From Gemmatimonadota bacterium (lineage in GTDB: Bacteria > Gemmatimonadota > Gemmatimonadetes > Palauibacterales > Palauibacteraceae): a stretch of DNA of 64,000 nt. The translations under genes and the position numbers were made by a program. The stretch is from assembly GCA_965116475.1 (NCBI GenBank), contig OZ220691.1, positions 2,176,001-2,240,000 of the forward strand, read 5' to 3'. The notes under the pieces were generated by a model. It saw nothing but the letters and a program-made list of their open reading frames with translations. It searched no databases and was not told where the DNA came from. Of this stretch, positions 18,528 through 28,696 are shown one piece after another; the stretch's first letter is position 1, and each line of letters begins with the position of its first letter.

Positions 18528-19979
18528 TCAGGGGTTCGTGGCCACGGGTTCGAACGCCTTGAGGACCTCGCGCGTCATGTCCCAGCGGTCGAAGCCCTGC
18601 CGGCCGTAGTCGAGCCCGCGGCGGACGATGACGACGTCGTGTGAAGGCACGACGACGACGAACTGACCGCGGTTTCCGGCGGTGGAGTAGGCGTCCTTCG
18701 GCACGTCCGTGCGGTCGTCGGGCACGAGCCAGAACTGGCCGCCGTAGAAGTTGCCGGTCTCGGAGGTGGCGGGGGCCGGCGTCCGCACGAAGTCGATCCA
18801 CTCCTCGGAGATCAGGCGCTCGTCCCTCCACATCCCGTTCTGCGCGTAGAGGAGTCCGAAGCGGGCCAGGTCCCGGGCCGTCGTGTACACCTGGCTGCTC
18901 ATGATGAAGTCGCCGAACCGGTCCGTGCTGAGGAGCGTGTTCCGCATCCCGATCTTGTCGAGGAGGCGTTCCCGCGGGAACTCGAGGTAGGCCTGCGGGT
19001 CGCCGATCACCTGCTTCATCGCGTACACGCCGAGCAGCGTGTCGTAGTTCTCGTAGTCCCAGAACGTCCCGGGTTCCTGCATGAGCGAGCGGTTGCGGGC
19101 GCCGTGCACCGAACTCTCGCCGGCCCAGTACGAGAAGCCCGATCCGGTCGCGTACTCCATGCCCCAACTGTCCACGGGATAGAGTCCGCTGGACATGTTG
19201 AGCACGTGACGAAGGGTGATCTCGCGCCGGGGATCGGTCTCCGGGGAGCCCGCGTTCTCGGGCAGCCAGTCGAAGGGCAGGGGCTCGTCGAGCGCCAGCT
19301 TGCCGTCGTCGACGAGCATGCCGATCAGGGTCGAGGCGATGCTCTTCGCGGTCGACCAGGTGCGGGTCTTCGTGAACATGTCGATGCCGGGAGCGTAACG
19401 CTCGTGGATGATCTCCCCGTCGTGGAGGACGATGAGACTGAGCGTCACCTGCTCCGGGGATTCGCGGTCGAACGTCCAGTCGGACGCGGCCTCGAGCGCC
19501 ACCGGATCGACGCCGCGCGGGAGTGGACGGCTCATGACGAGGTCGCCGTCCGGCCACGCCGCCCCCGCCGCAGCGCCGTCCGGCCGGGGCGTCGCCAGGA
19601 TCGGCAGGTCGTCGATGTCGTCGAAGGTCTGCTCCGGCGACATGATCACGCACCCGATCCCCTCGCGGAACGCCGCCCTCATGGTCGGGGTCGCGCCGGG
19701 TTCGCCGATGGCGACGGCCTTCCTCTCCCAGTCGACGACGTAGTCGCCGCCCTCGGCCGTCCCGACCGGGTCGCGCAGGTAGGCGAGTTCCTGCTCGAAG
19801 ACCTGCTCGAGCGTCCGGTCTCCCGTGAACAGGCCGTTGCACTGGAGGATGGCCTGGACGCCGCGCTGGATCATCTCCCGCTGCGGAGCGAAGTAATCGT
19901 AGGACCGCTCCTGCTGGGCCGCGGCGGCGGCCGGTGCGAGAAGAGCGAGCGCGACGGCCGCGAAGGTGAGGCGTTTCAT
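18528..19979 (-). CDS. exported serine hydrolase, beta-lactamase class C/PBP-like
   Basis: Signal peptide MKRLTF...AAAQ; STAKS (SxxK), LNMSSGL, YEN (YxN), ARDLARFG, AGNRGQ. Confidence 0.9.
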   Translation of the reverse strand: MKRLTFAAVALALLAPAAAAAQQERSYDYFAPQREMIQRGVQAILQCNGLFTGDRTLEQVFEQELAYLRDPVGTAEGGDYVVDWERKAVAIGEPGATPTMRAAFREGIGCVIMSPEQTFDDIDDLPILATPRPDGAAAGAAWPDGDLVMSRPLPRGVDPVALEAASDWTFDRESPEQVTLSLIVLHDGEIIHERYAPGIDMFTKTRTWSTAKSIASTLIGMLVDDGKLALDEPLPFDWLPENAGSPETDPRREITLRHVLNMSSGLYPVDSWGMEYATGSGFSYWAGESSVHGARNRSLMQEPGTFWDYENYDTLLGVYAMKQVIGDPQAYLEFPRERLLDKIGMRNTLLSTDRFGDFIMSSQVYTTARDLARFGLLYAQNGMWRDERLISEEWIDFVRTPAPATSETGNFYGGQFWLVPDDRTDVPKDAYSTAGNRGQFVVVVPSHDVVIVRRGLDYGRQGFDRWDMTREVLKAFEPVATNP

Positions 19980-20099
19980 GGCTTCCCCCGGAGTCCGGAC
20001 GACAGGTGTTCTGGAACCCTGCCAACATGCGGGGCGGGCGCGTTTCCGGCCACGGGGGCGGAGGTCGCGCCGGCGGGCGGGCGGGAATATCGTGTCCCC

Positions 20100-20717
20100 G
20101 TGATCGACCAGATTCTCTACGGCTCCATTGCGCTCATCGCGCTCACGAACCCACTCGCCGAGCTGCCCTTCTTCTTCGCGGCGACGGACGGGTTCTCGCG
20201 CGCGGAATTGCGGCGCGCGGCAGTGAAGGTTGCCATCGGGGTTGTCATCGTGCTCACCGTTGCCACGGTGGCCGGCGCGCGCATCCTCGACCTCTTCGAC
20301 GTGAGCTTCGCCGCGTTCCGGACGGCCGGCGGCCTCGTCGTCATCCTCGCCGCGCTCGAGATGCTCCGCGGCGCCGGGTTCGGGATCACGGGCGTACGCC
20401 GGGATCCGGGCGAGACGGAGGACCACCTCTGGGTCCCGCTCGTCATGCCGCTGATCGCCGGGCCGGCGTCGATCACCGCCGCGATCACGCTGGCGCTCGA
20501 CGAGGCCGGCGCGTTGATCGGGATCCCCGTCGCCACGCTCATTGCGGTATTCGTCGCGTCCGCGGGCGTGCTCGCCGTGCTCCTCGCGGCCAGCTTCCTC
20601 TCGCACGCCCTGAGCCGCCGCGCGGTCAGGATCTTCGAGCGTTTCTCGGGCCTGATCCTCCTCGCCATCGGCTGCCAGATGTGCCTCAGCGGCATCCGGG
20701 AGTTCTTCGCCGGCTGA
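20100..20717 (+). CDS. MarC family membrane protein
   Basis: ALTNPLAELPFF, AFRTAGG, VPLVMPLIAGPASIT, ERFSGLILLAIG. Confidence 0.92.
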   Translation: MIDQILYGSIALIALTNPLAELPFFFAATDGFSRAELRRAAVKVAIGVVIVLTVATVAGARILDLFDVSFAAFRTAGGLVVILAALEMLRGAGFGITGVRRDPGETEDHLWVPLVMPLIAGPASITAAITLALDEAGALIGIPVATLIAVFVASAGVLAVLLAASFLSHALSRRAVRIFERFSGLILLAIGCQMCLSGIREFFAG

Positions 20718-20739
20718 CGGAGTCGGCTGGCGGAATCGG

Positions 20740-21279
20740 CTAACGGACGATGTCCACGGTCACGTTCTCGCCGAAGTGTGTTCCCAGGTCCGAGAGGAAG
20801 AGCGACGCTGAAGCGTGGTGGCCCATGATGTAGCGGCTCACGAAGCGGAAGACGGCGCTGTACACCTCCCCCTCCTCGGTGATCGTCACGGTCGCTCCGC
20901 CCGCCGCGGGTTCGATCTCGTAGATCCAGCGGCCGCCGAAGGGCATGCCCTCGGAGAGGATCGTCGTCACGAGCCGGGTCGGGGGCTCGCTCTCCGTCAA
21001 CTCCATGGGAAGCGGGCCGGTGGCCTCGATCATCACCCAGGCGGGGTTGCCGTCGCGGGCCGGGAGTTCCTCGACGCGTTCGATGGACGGACGCCACGCC
21101 GGGTAGGCCCGGTAGTCCGCGATGGTCGCGAAGATCTCCTCCGGCGACGCGGAGAACTCGGCCCTCACGGCCGCGACATGATCCTGGGGCAGGGCGCTCC
21201 CGACGCCGTAGACGACCGCGAACAGGCCCGCGATGACGACGAGCATGCCGATGATGATGCGCTTCAGGGTGCGATTCAT
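20740..21279 (-). CDS. SRPBCC (polyketide cyclase-like) protein with N-terminal TM helix
   Basis: ASPEEIFATIADY...PAWR, FGGRWIYEI, VTITEEGEV. Confidence 0.82.
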   Translation of the reverse strand: MNRTLKRIIIGMLVVIAGLFAVVYGVGSALPQDHVAAVRAEFSASPEEIFATIADYRAYPAWRPSIERVEELPARDGNPAWVMIEATGPLPMELTESEPPTRLVTTILSEGMPFGGRWIYEIEPAAGGATVTITEEGEVYSAVFRFVSRYIMGHHASASLFLSDLGTHFGENVTVDIVR

Positions 21280-22202
21280 GGGTTCGTTCCCGGTGTGGGG
21301 GGGGCGTCGTCGCGGAGGATGGGGAGCGTGAGGCACGTCGGCCCGCCCTCGCACGGGAGGCAAAGCGCGTCGCCGTCGACGCACGTGACGTCGCAGCCCG
21401 CGTCGCGCATCAGCCGGACGGTCTCCGGGAATCCATCCAGCGCGATGCAGCGGCGCGGGGCCGTTGCGAGCACGTTGAGATTCATCCCGGCGGAGGCCGC
21501 GAATTCCTCATCCCCCGCTTCAAGGCAGCGGATGCCGCGCTCCCGCATCAACGCGTGAAGCGCGACCGGGAAGAGCCGGGGATAGAAGAGCGCCAGATCC
21601 CGGTCCAGCGGGCTGACGAGCGAGAGGAGGTGGAGACAGGCGGCGCTTCCGTTCCACATCGGGAGATCGAAGGCGCGGACTTCGATCCCGAGCGGGGCCA
21701 CCAGGGCCCGGAGCTGGTCGATGCCCGCCTGGTTGGTGCGGAAGCCGCGCCCCGCTGCGAGCGTGCGTTCGTCCACCCACAGCAGGTCTCCGCCCTCCGC
21801 GATTCCGGGGGGCTCGATGGCGCCGATCACGGGCAGGCCGAGACGCCGGTAGAGCGCCTCGTGGCTGGCCACTTCGGGCTGCCGCAACGCCTTGCCGGGC
21901 CGCAGGAGGATCGCCCCGCCGGGGGTCATGAAGGAGGGGTCGAACGGGAACATCGCGTCGGCGAGGCCGTCGTCCCCGGCACCCTCGATCCACTCGATCT
22001 CCGTCCCGGAGGCCGCGACGCACGCCGCGAACGCGTCGTACTGGCCGAGCAGCCGGTCGGGCGCGATCGGCCCCGCGTAGTGCCAGCGCGCCGGATCCGC
22101 CTCCAGCGTCGCCCGCCCCGGACGGCGCATCGCCACGCGCCGCAGCGGCGCCACCATGCTGGAGACGCCGAATCCCGCTTCGGTCCGCAGCCGCCCGTTC
22201 AT
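21276..22202 (-). CDS. amidinotransferase/dimethylargininase (DDAH)/arginine deiminase superfamily protein
   Basis: PLRRVAMRRP, DAMFPFDP, EGGDLLW, CLHLLS, EGGPTCLTLP (catalytic Cys). Confidence 0.88.
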   Translation of the reverse strand: MNGRLRTEAGFGVSSMVAPLRRVAMRRPGRATLEADPARWHYAGPIAPDRLLGQYDAFAACVAASGTEIEWIEGAGDDGLADAMFPFDPSFMTPGGAILLRPGKALRQPEVASHEALYRRLGLPVIGAIEPPGIAEGGDLLWVDERTLAAGRGFRTNQAGIDQLRALVAPLGIEVRAFDLPMWNGSAACLHLLSLVSPLDRDLALFYPRLFPVALHALMRERGIRCLEAGDEEFAASAGMNLNVLATAPRRCIALDGFPETVRLMRDAGCDVTCVDGDALCLPCEGGPTCLTLPILRDDAPPTPGTNP

Positions 22203-22285
22203 CTGGCTGAAGCTACCGCGGCACCCGTACCTTCGCTGCCCGCGACGCCGCCACGGCACAGACCGCAGCACGAGGGTTCCCGAGC

Positions 22286-22816
22286 TTGAACCGAAACCGT
22301 TTCCGCAGCGCCTCGACGTTCTCCGAGTACCTGGAGACGGTCGAGAAGAACCGCGAACTCTGGCACGCGCTGGCCCGGCGCGCGGCGGTGGACGAGGAGA
22401 TCCGGCAACGCGCCCGCGCCATCCCCGGCCGGTGGCACGTCATCGCGCTCACCGAGGACTGGTGCGGAGACGCGATCAACACCCTCCCCGTGTTCGATCG
22501 CCTGGCGGAGGCCGCCGGGAACATCGAACTGCGCCTCCTCCTGCGGGACGAGAACCCGGATCTGATGGACGCCCACCTGACGAACGGGACGAGCCGGTCC
22601 ATACCGGTCCTCATCGTCTACGATGAACAGTTCCGCGAGCGTGGGTGGTGGGGCCCCCGGCCGGCCCCCATCCAGGAGTGGGTGATGACGGAGGGGATGG
22701 AGCTGGACCCGGCGGACCGCTATCGCGAGGTTCGCCGCTACTACGCGCGGGACAAGGGTCGCACCGCGCTGGACGAGTTCCTCCGGATTCTCGAGCGCGC
22801 GGCCGCCGGCGACTGA
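22286..22816 (+). CDS. thioredoxin-like protein (Thioredoxin_9 type, single-Cys WCGD)
   Basis: TEDWCGDA, LRDENPDLMD, TNGTSRSIP, WGPRP. Confidence 0.88.
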   Translation: MNRNRFRSASTFSEYLETVEKNRELWHALARRAAVDEEIRQRARAIPGRWHVIALTEDWCGDAINTLPVFDRLAEAAGNIELRLLLRDENPDLMDAHLTNGTSRSIPVLIVYDEQFRERGWWGPRPAPIQEWVMTEGMELDPADRYREVRRYYARDKGRTALDEFLRILERAAAGD

Positions 22817-22823
22817 GCGGGAG

Positions 22824-24164
22824 TCAGCCGCCACCGCCGCCTCGGGCCCGCATCACGACGAACACCGGGACGCCCGCCACGAGGAGGAGGAAGCCCCAGA
22901 ACACGATTTCGGGGCCCGCCCCCGCGATGGCCCAGAACGAAAACCCGAAGGCGAGGACGGCCACCACCAGCCGCCGCACGGGGGCTGCGGCGTCGGGGAG
23001 TTGCGCCGTCCCCGAGGCACCCTGCGCGGCGATGCGCTCGCGTATGGCGAAGAGCAGCCCGGTCGTGCTCGCGAACACGTAGGCGAGCAGCGTCGCGAGC
23101 GTGGAGAGCAGGATGAGAAAGGTGAAGGCCTGGACGAGGCCGCGCGTGTAGTTCATCGCGATGAGGATCGTCGCGACGCCCGCCGCGAAGATGAGTCCAA
23201 AGGACGGCGTGCCGCGCGGACTGAGCCGCGCGAAGGCGGCGGGGAGGAGGCCGTCCTGCGCGGCGGCCCGCGGGAGCTGGCCGGAGAGCAGGATCCAGCC
23301 GTTGAGCGCGCCGAAACAGGCGATCGTGGCGCCCGCGCCGATCACGAGCCGGCCGGCCTCCCCCCAGATCGATCCGGCCGCGTCCGCGAAAGGCGCAGTG
23401 GAGACGGCGAGGTCCGCCGGCGCGATGATCCCCATCACGGCCGAAGTGCTGATGATGAAGACCAATGCCGCGATCACGGTGCCGAGGATCGTGGCCCGCG
23501 GGATCGTGCGCGCCGGATCCCGAACGTCGGCGGCGGGAACGGTCGCGGCCTCGAGTCCCATGAAGGCCCACAGCGTGAGCGTCACCGTCGCTGTCACGGC
23601 GGTGACGGGACTGCCGCCGGCGGGGTTGAACGGCCGGAAGTGCTCGGGCTGGAAGTAGAGGAAGCCGATCGTCCCGATCGCCGCCAGCGGCAGGAGCTTG
23701 AGCACGGTGGTGACGAGCTGCACGTGCCCCGCCGCGCGCACGCCCCAGGCGTTCACGAATGTCAGGCCCCACAGGGCGACGAGGGATGCCACGCCTCCGG
23801 CGACGGGAGAAGCACCCAGCAGGGGCCAGAAGACGGTCGCATAGCTCACGGTCGCCACGGCGAGGGCGGCATTGGCCGTGAGCAGCGAGATCCAGTAGGA
23901 CCACGCGACCCAGAATCCGATGAAGTCGCCGAAGCCCTCGCGCGCGAAGGCGTAGGGGCCGCCGACCTTCGGAATCAACGCGCCCAGCCGCGCCATCACG
24001 AGCGCCAGACACATGGCCCCGGCCGCGCTCACCAGCCAGCCGAGGATGCTGATCCCCCCGTACGGCGAGAGCGAGGCGGGCAGCAGAAAGACGCCCGAGC
24101 CCACCATGCTCCCGACGACGAGGGCCGTGCACATCCACAACCCCAGGGCGGGTCTGGGCGTCAT
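22824..24164 (-). CDS. APC-family basic amino acid antiporter (AdiC/ArcD/PotE-like)
   Basis: VGSMVGSGVFLLPASL, GGPYAF, LWAFMGLEAATVPA, TIPRAT, GALNGW. Confidence 0.92.
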   Translation of the reverse strand: MTPRPALGLWMCTALVVGSMVGSGVFLLPASLSPYGGISILGWLVSAAGAMCLALVMARLGALIPKVGGPYAFAREGFGDFIGFWVAWSYWISLLTANAALAVATVSYATVFWPLLGASPVAGGVASLVALWGLTFVNAWGVRAAGHVQLVTTVLKLLPLAAIGTIGFLYFQPEHFRPFNPAGGSPVTAVTATVTLTLWAFMGLEAATVPAADVRDPARTIPRATILGTVIAALVFIISTSAVMGIIAPADLAVSTAPFADAAGSIWGEAGRLVIGAGATIACFGALNGWILLSGQLPRAAAQDGLLPAAFARLSPRGTPSFGLIFAAGVATILIAMNYTRGLVQAFTFLILLSTLATLLAYVFASTTGLLFAIRERIAAQGASGTAQLPDAAAPVRRLVVAVLAFGFSFWAIAGAGPEIVFWGFLLLVAGVPVFVVMRARGGGGG

Positions 24165-24203
24165 CCGCCGCTTCGGGCCGGAGTTGCCGCGGTCCTGACT
24201 ACG

Positions 24204-25349
24204 CTAGCGGTTGCCCCGGTAGCTGCGGACGGGCGGGAGGCGGGCGCCGGTGCCGCCGGGCGGTTCCGTCTCGGCCACCACCTCGAGCGTCAGCGTGCCG
24301 ATGCCGTCGATCGAGGCGCTGACGACCTCGCCGGGCTGCAGGAACCGGGTCTCCCCGCGAACCGCGGTGCCCATGCCGACCCCGCCCGAGGTGCCGTTGT
24401 TGATCACATCCCCCGGGAACAGCGTCGCGACCGAGGACCCATACTCGATCAGTTCCCACAGCGTGTGGATCATGTCTCCAGCGGTCGCCTCCTGCATGCG
24501 CTCCTCGCCGACGTCCAGCGTCTGGCGAAGCTTCTCCATCGGGTTGCCGTAGAACTCCCTGGGGACGATCCACGGACCCATGGGCGCGAACGTGTCGTGA
24601 CCCTTCCCGACGAACCAGTCCGACGTCATGGGGTTGCCGCCGGGCGGGCGCCCGCCGCGGTCGGAGACGTCGATCGTCACCGTGTACCCGAACACGTGGT
24701 CCTCGGCGTCGCGGGCGTCGACATACTTGGCGCTGCGTCCGATCACGGCGCCGAGTTCCACCTCCCAGTCGGTGCGGTCCCGTCCGAAGGGGATCACGAT
24801 CCGGTCGTCGGCGCCGATCACCGCGCCGCGCGTCGGCTTGAGGAAGAGATAGGGCACGCCGCGGTTCTCACGCCGCTGGCGGCGGGCTTCGCGCCGCTCC
24901 TCCTCGGTGCCCGCCTCGTTGACGTGGCTGTAGAAGTTGACCGCCGCGTTCAGGATCTTCCCGGGGTACATGATCGGCGGGAGGACCCGCACATCCTCGA
25001 GGTTGTGGACGAAGTCGGCCCGGCCGCTCCCGGACAGCCCGCCCCGGGCCACGAGGTCGTTGACGATTTCGTACAGCCGGAGTCGGATCCCGTACTCGTA
25101 GCGGCCGATGAGGTCGATCATGTCGGCCGGCGGCGGGACGGGCGGATAGGCGGGGTTTCGCTCCAGGTCCCGGTTCGCCTCCTCGATGTCGACGATGAGC
25201 GCGTCCCGCAGCACGAGGGCGACGCGCGGAGCGCCGCCGATCTCGAACGTTCCCACCTTGAAGGGTTCCGCGATCTCGATCTCCGGCCCCCCCTGGGCCG
25301 CGAGCGGAGCGGAGAACGCCAGGGCCGCGGCCGCGAGGAGCGCCCTCAT
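24204..25349 (-). CDS. fumarylacetoacetate hydrolase family protein with signal peptide (paralog 1)
   Basis: MRALLAAAALAFSAPLAAQ; PYLFLKP, DWEVELG, IDVSDR, GKGHDTFAPMGP, PGDVI..GT. Confidence 0.9.
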   Translation of the reverse strand: MRALLAAAALAFSAPLAAQGGPEIEIAEPFKVGTFEIGGAPRVALVLRDALIVDIEEANRDLERNPAYPPVPPPADMIDLIGRYEYGIRLRLYEIVNDLVARGGLSGSGRADFVHNLEDVRVLPPIMYPGKILNAAVNFYSHVNEAGTEEERREARRQRRENRGVPYLFLKPTRGAVIGADDRIVIPFGRDRTDWEVELGAVIGRSAKYVDARDAEDHVFGYTVTIDVSDRGGRPPGGNPMTSDWFVGKGHDTFAPMGPWIVPREFYGNPMEKLRQTLDVGEERMQEATAGDMIHTLWELIEYGSSVATLFPGDVINNGTSGGVGMGTAVRGETRFLQPGEVVSASIDGIGTLTLEVVAETEPPGGTGARLPPVRSYRGNR

Positions 25350-26521
25350 GAGCCCGGATCCCGCCGGTAGGTGCTCAGGGGCGGCAGCCGGACGCCGATG
25401 TCGCCGAGAGGTTCCGGCCCCTCCACGACGGGAAGCTCGATCGTGCCGATCCCGTCGATCGTCGCCGTGACGACGTCGCCCGGCTGAAGGAATCGCGCTT
25501 CGCCCATGCCGACCCCGCCGGAGGTGCCGAGGTTGATCACGTCGCCGGGGAAGAGCGTGACGATCGAGGAGGCGTACTCGATCAACTCCCACAGCGAGTG
25601 AATCATGTCCCCCGCCGTCGCCTCCTGCATGCGCTCGCCGCCCACATCCAGCGTCTGCCGCAGCATCTCCATCGGGTCGCCGTAGAACTCCTTGGGGACG
25701 ATCCACGGGCCCATCGGCGCGAACGTGTCGTGCCCCTTCTCGACCAGCCAGTCCGACGGCGTGGGGTTGCCGCCGGGGGGACGCCCGCCACGGTCGGACA
25801 CGTCGATCGTCACCGTGTAGCCGAACACGGTCGCCTGGGCATCCTCGGAAGCGACGTATTTCGCCGCCCGTCCCATGACCACGCCCAGTTCCACCTCCCA
25901 GTCGGTCTGGCTCCGGCCGTGGGGAATCACGATCCGCTCACTGGTCCCGACCACGGCGCCGCGCGACGGCTTGAGGTAGAGGTAGGGCACGCCCCGGTTC
26001 TCACGCCGCTGGCGGACCGCTTCCTCTCTCTCTCCTTCGGGCGCGTCCGCGGCGACGCGGCTGTAGAAGTTGCTCGCCGCGTTCAGGATCTTGCCCGGGT
26101 ACATGATGGGCGGGAGGATCCGGACCTCATCGACATCGTAGACGTAGTCCGCGCGCGTGGCGCCGGAGAGCCGCTGATAGGCGATCGTCTCGTTGACGAT
26201 CTCGTACAGGCGCCGCTGGAGTCCGTACTCGTAGCGGCCGATGAGGTCGAGCATGTCCGTCGGCGCCGGCACCCTCGGATAGGCGCGGTTCCGCTCGAGC
26301 ACTTCGTTCGCCAGCTCGATGTCGACGACGAAGGCGTCACGCAGCACGAGCCCGACGCGCGGAACATCCCGGATCGCGAACGTCCCCACCTTGAACGGTT
26401 CCACGAGGACGATGCCCGCGACATCCTGGGCGGCCACGGAGGCCGCGGAGAAGAGGACCGCGATCACCCCAAGCGGAAGCGCCCGTCCGGCCGAAGTTCG
26501 TCTGCGCAGTGCGGTTCTCAT
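25346..26521 (-). CDS. fumarylacetoacetate hydrolase family protein with signal peptide (paralog 2)
   Basis: SAASVAAQ signal end; same FAH motifs; ATGA overlap with paralog 1. Confidence 0.9.
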   Translation of the reverse strand: MRTALRRRTSAGRALPLGVIAVLFSAASVAAQDVAGIVLVEPFKVGTFAIRDVPRVGLVLRDAFVVDIELANEVLERNRAYPRVPAPTDMLDLIGRYEYGLQRRLYEIVNETIAYQRLSGATRADYVYDVDEVRILPPIMYPGKILNAASNFYSRVAADAPEGEREEAVRQRRENRGVPYLYLKPSRGAVVGTSERIVIPHGRSQTDWEVELGVVMGRAAKYVASEDAQATVFGYTVTIDVSDRGGRPPGGNPTPSDWLVEKGHDTFAPMGPWIVPKEFYGDPMEMLRQTLDVGGERMQEATAGDMIHSLWELIEYASSIVTLFPGDVINLGTSGGVGMGEARFLQPGDVVTATIDGIGTIELPVVEGPEPLGDIGVRLPPLSTYRRDPGS

Positions 26522-26552
26522 GGGTCTTTCCTCTCGGTTGGGGACGGCGGCC

Positions 26553-27755
26553 TCAAGGCACCAGCCCGTCCAGTTCTTCGATCGTGGCCATCGAGGGGTC
26601 GCGTTCGGCCTGGAGCCGGCGCGCCGTCGCTTCGGCGGCGCGCATGACGCGAAGCAGGTTGTCGGCCGCGAGGGCCCGGAGTTCGGACTCGGTCCACCCG
26701 CGGCGGGAGAGTTCGGCGAACAGAGCGGGATACGTCGACACGTCCTCCAGCCCGACCGGCCCCCGGTCGATCCCGTCGAAGTCGCCCCCGATCGCGACGT
26801 GGTCGATGCCCGCGACGTCGCGGATGTGCTCTATATGCGCCACGACATCGGCCATCGTGGCGCGTGGGCGTCCATCCGGCGGGCCGACGTAGGTGGCGAC
26901 TTCCTGGTTCACGAAAGATTCGACGAACGTGACCATGACCACGCCGCCGTTCTCCGGCAGCCGCCGCAGCACGTCGTCCGGCACGTTGCGCGGGTGGTCC
27001 GTCACCGCCCGGGCAGAGGAATGCGAGAAGATGACCGGCGCCTCGGTCACGTCGAGGGCGTCGTGCATGCTTCCCGGCGACACGTGCGAGATGTCGACCA
27101 GCATGCCCAGCCAGTTCATCTCGCGCACGACTTCCCTGCCGAAGGCGGAGAGTCCGCCGAGTTCGGGCAGCGCGCAGCAGGAGTCGGCCCAGGGGAGGTT
27201 GGCGCTGTGCGTGAGCGTCATGTACCGGACGCCGAGCGCGTAGAAGGCCCGCAGGGCGCCGAGCGAGTTCTCGATCGCGTGGCCTCCCTCCATGCCGAGC
27301 ATCGAGGCGACCTTGCCGCGGTGGAACTGGTCCATCACATCCGCGGCGGTGAGCGCGAGCCCCAGGTCCTCGCGGTGATCGGAGATGATCTGGAGCGCGA
27401 TGTCGATCTGCTCCAGCTGCATGCGCGCGCCGCCGCCGTCCTGCATGACCGAGGCGGGGACGTAGACGGACCAGAACTGGGCTCCGACGCCGCCGGCCCG
27501 CAGGCGGGCGAGATCGGTGTGTCCCGGGGTGGGGCGCGAGATGTCGTAGGCGCGGACATCGCGGGGCGCGTCCGCGTTCCGAATGGCCCAGGGGAGGTCG
27601 TTGTGTCCGTCGAACAGAGGGACGCTCGACAGCACGCGTTTCGCGATCTCGAGATGTTCGCCCTGCGCCTGCGCGCGCGCCTCCGTGGCCGCGAGCCCGA
27701 GGCCGAGCGCGGATAGAACCGCCATCGCCGGCGTTCGGGTGAGAATTCGCATCAT
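26553..27755 (-). CDS. M19 (renal-type) membrane dipeptidase, exported
   Basis: DGHNDLPW, QFWSVY, MEGGH, YMTLTH, VDISH, FSHSS, GGDFDG. Confidence 0.94.
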   Translation of the reverse strand: MMRILTRTPAMAVLSALGLGLAATEARAQAQGEHLEIAKRVLSSVPLFDGHNDLPWAIRNADAPRDVRAYDISRPTPGHTDLARLRAGGVGAQFWSVYVPASVMQDGGGARMQLEQIDIALQIISDHREDLGLALTAADVMDQFHRGKVASMLGMEGGHAIENSLGALRAFYALGVRYMTLTHSANLPWADSCCALPELGGLSAFGREVVREMNWLGMLVDISHVSPGSMHDALDVTEAPVIFSHSSARAVTDHPRNVPDDVLRRLPENGGVVMVTFVESFVNQEVATYVGPPDGRPRATMADVVAHIEHIRDVAGIDHVAIGGDFDGIDRGPVGLEDVSTYPALFAELSRRGWTESELRALAADNLLRVMRAAEATARRLQAERDPSMATIEELDGLVP

Positions 27756-27785
27756 CTTGCACCGACTCCCGTTGATACACGCAGC

Positions 27786-27885
27786 GGCAAAACAGCCTGG
27801 CAAAACAGCCTACCATGGATTCTCGCTTGGCGGACGGCGCGCCGCCAGCCGTGCGGCGTCCCGTGCGGCGTCCCCTGCGGCGTCC
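27786..27885. repeat. intergenic short tandem duplications
   Basis: GGCAAAACAGCCT x2 (27786-27811); CGTGCGGCGTCC x3 (27850-27885, last copy has 1 mismatch). Confidence 0.9.
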
Positions 27886-27957
27886 GGAGCCGCGCCATGG
27901 GCAGCGTTGTGGCGGGAAGCAGGTGCGGGCGGCCTTCCGGCATGGGTATCTTCCCGC

Positions 27958-28689
27958 ATGCTGATCAACTGCGACATGGGAGAGAGCTACGGGCCCTGGG
28001 AGAAGGGCGCCGATGAAGCGGTGATGCCGCTGATCGACCAGGCCAATATCGCCTGCGGCGGCCATGCCGGGGATCCCGATACGATGGCTCGGACGCTCGA
28101 GCTGGCGGCCGGGCACGGCGTACAGGCGGGGGCGCATCCGGGCTATCCCGACCGGCGGAACTTCGGGCGACTGCGGCTGGACTGGCCGGTCGACTCGCTG
28201 GTGCTCGAGATGCAGGCGCAGATCGGGGCGCTGCAGGGCGTCGCGTCGGCGCTGGGCGTTCGGCTGCGGCACGTGAAGCCCCACGGCGCGCTGTACCTCG
28301 CCATGATGCAGGACGACCGGCTTCTCACGCGGTTGGCGGAAGGCGTGGCGGCCCTGGATCCGTCGCTCGCTTTCGTCCTGCAGGCGACCCCGGAGCGCGC
28401 GCGGCACGCGGCGATGCTGGAGCACACGGAGCTGACGCTGGCGTTCGAGGCCTTCGCGGATCGCGCCTACGCGGCGGACGGGCGCCTTCAGGCGCGGGGA
28501 ATCGACGGCGCCGTCCTCTCGGATGCGGAGGCCGTGGCCGGCCACGTGGCGAATCTCCTCGACGGATTCGTGGAGACGCCCGCGGGTCCGCTGCCCGTGG
28601 CGGCCGAGACGCTCTGCGTGCACGGCGACAACCCCTCCGCCACGGCGGTGCTCCGCCGCATCCGCGAACTCGTGCCGCGGAAGCAGTAG
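27958..28689 (+). CDS. pxpA: 5-oxoprolinase subunit A (LamB/YcsF)
   Basis: INCDMGESYG, NIACGGHAGDP, GAHPGYPDRRNFGR, HVKPHGALY, EAFADRAY, LCVHGD. Confidence 0.95.
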   Translation: MLINCDMGESYGPWEKGADEAVMPLIDQANIACGGHAGDPDTMARTLELAAGHGVQAGAHPGYPDRRNFGRLRLDWPVDSLVLEMQAQIGALQGVASALGVRLRHVKPHGALYLAMMQDDRLLTRLAEGVAALDPSLAFVLQATPERARHAAMLEHTELTLAFEAFADRAYAADGRLQARGIDGAVLSDAEAVAGHVANLLDGFVETPAGPLPVAAETLCVHGDNPSATAVLRRIRELVPRKQ

Positions 28690-28696
28690 ATCGCCG

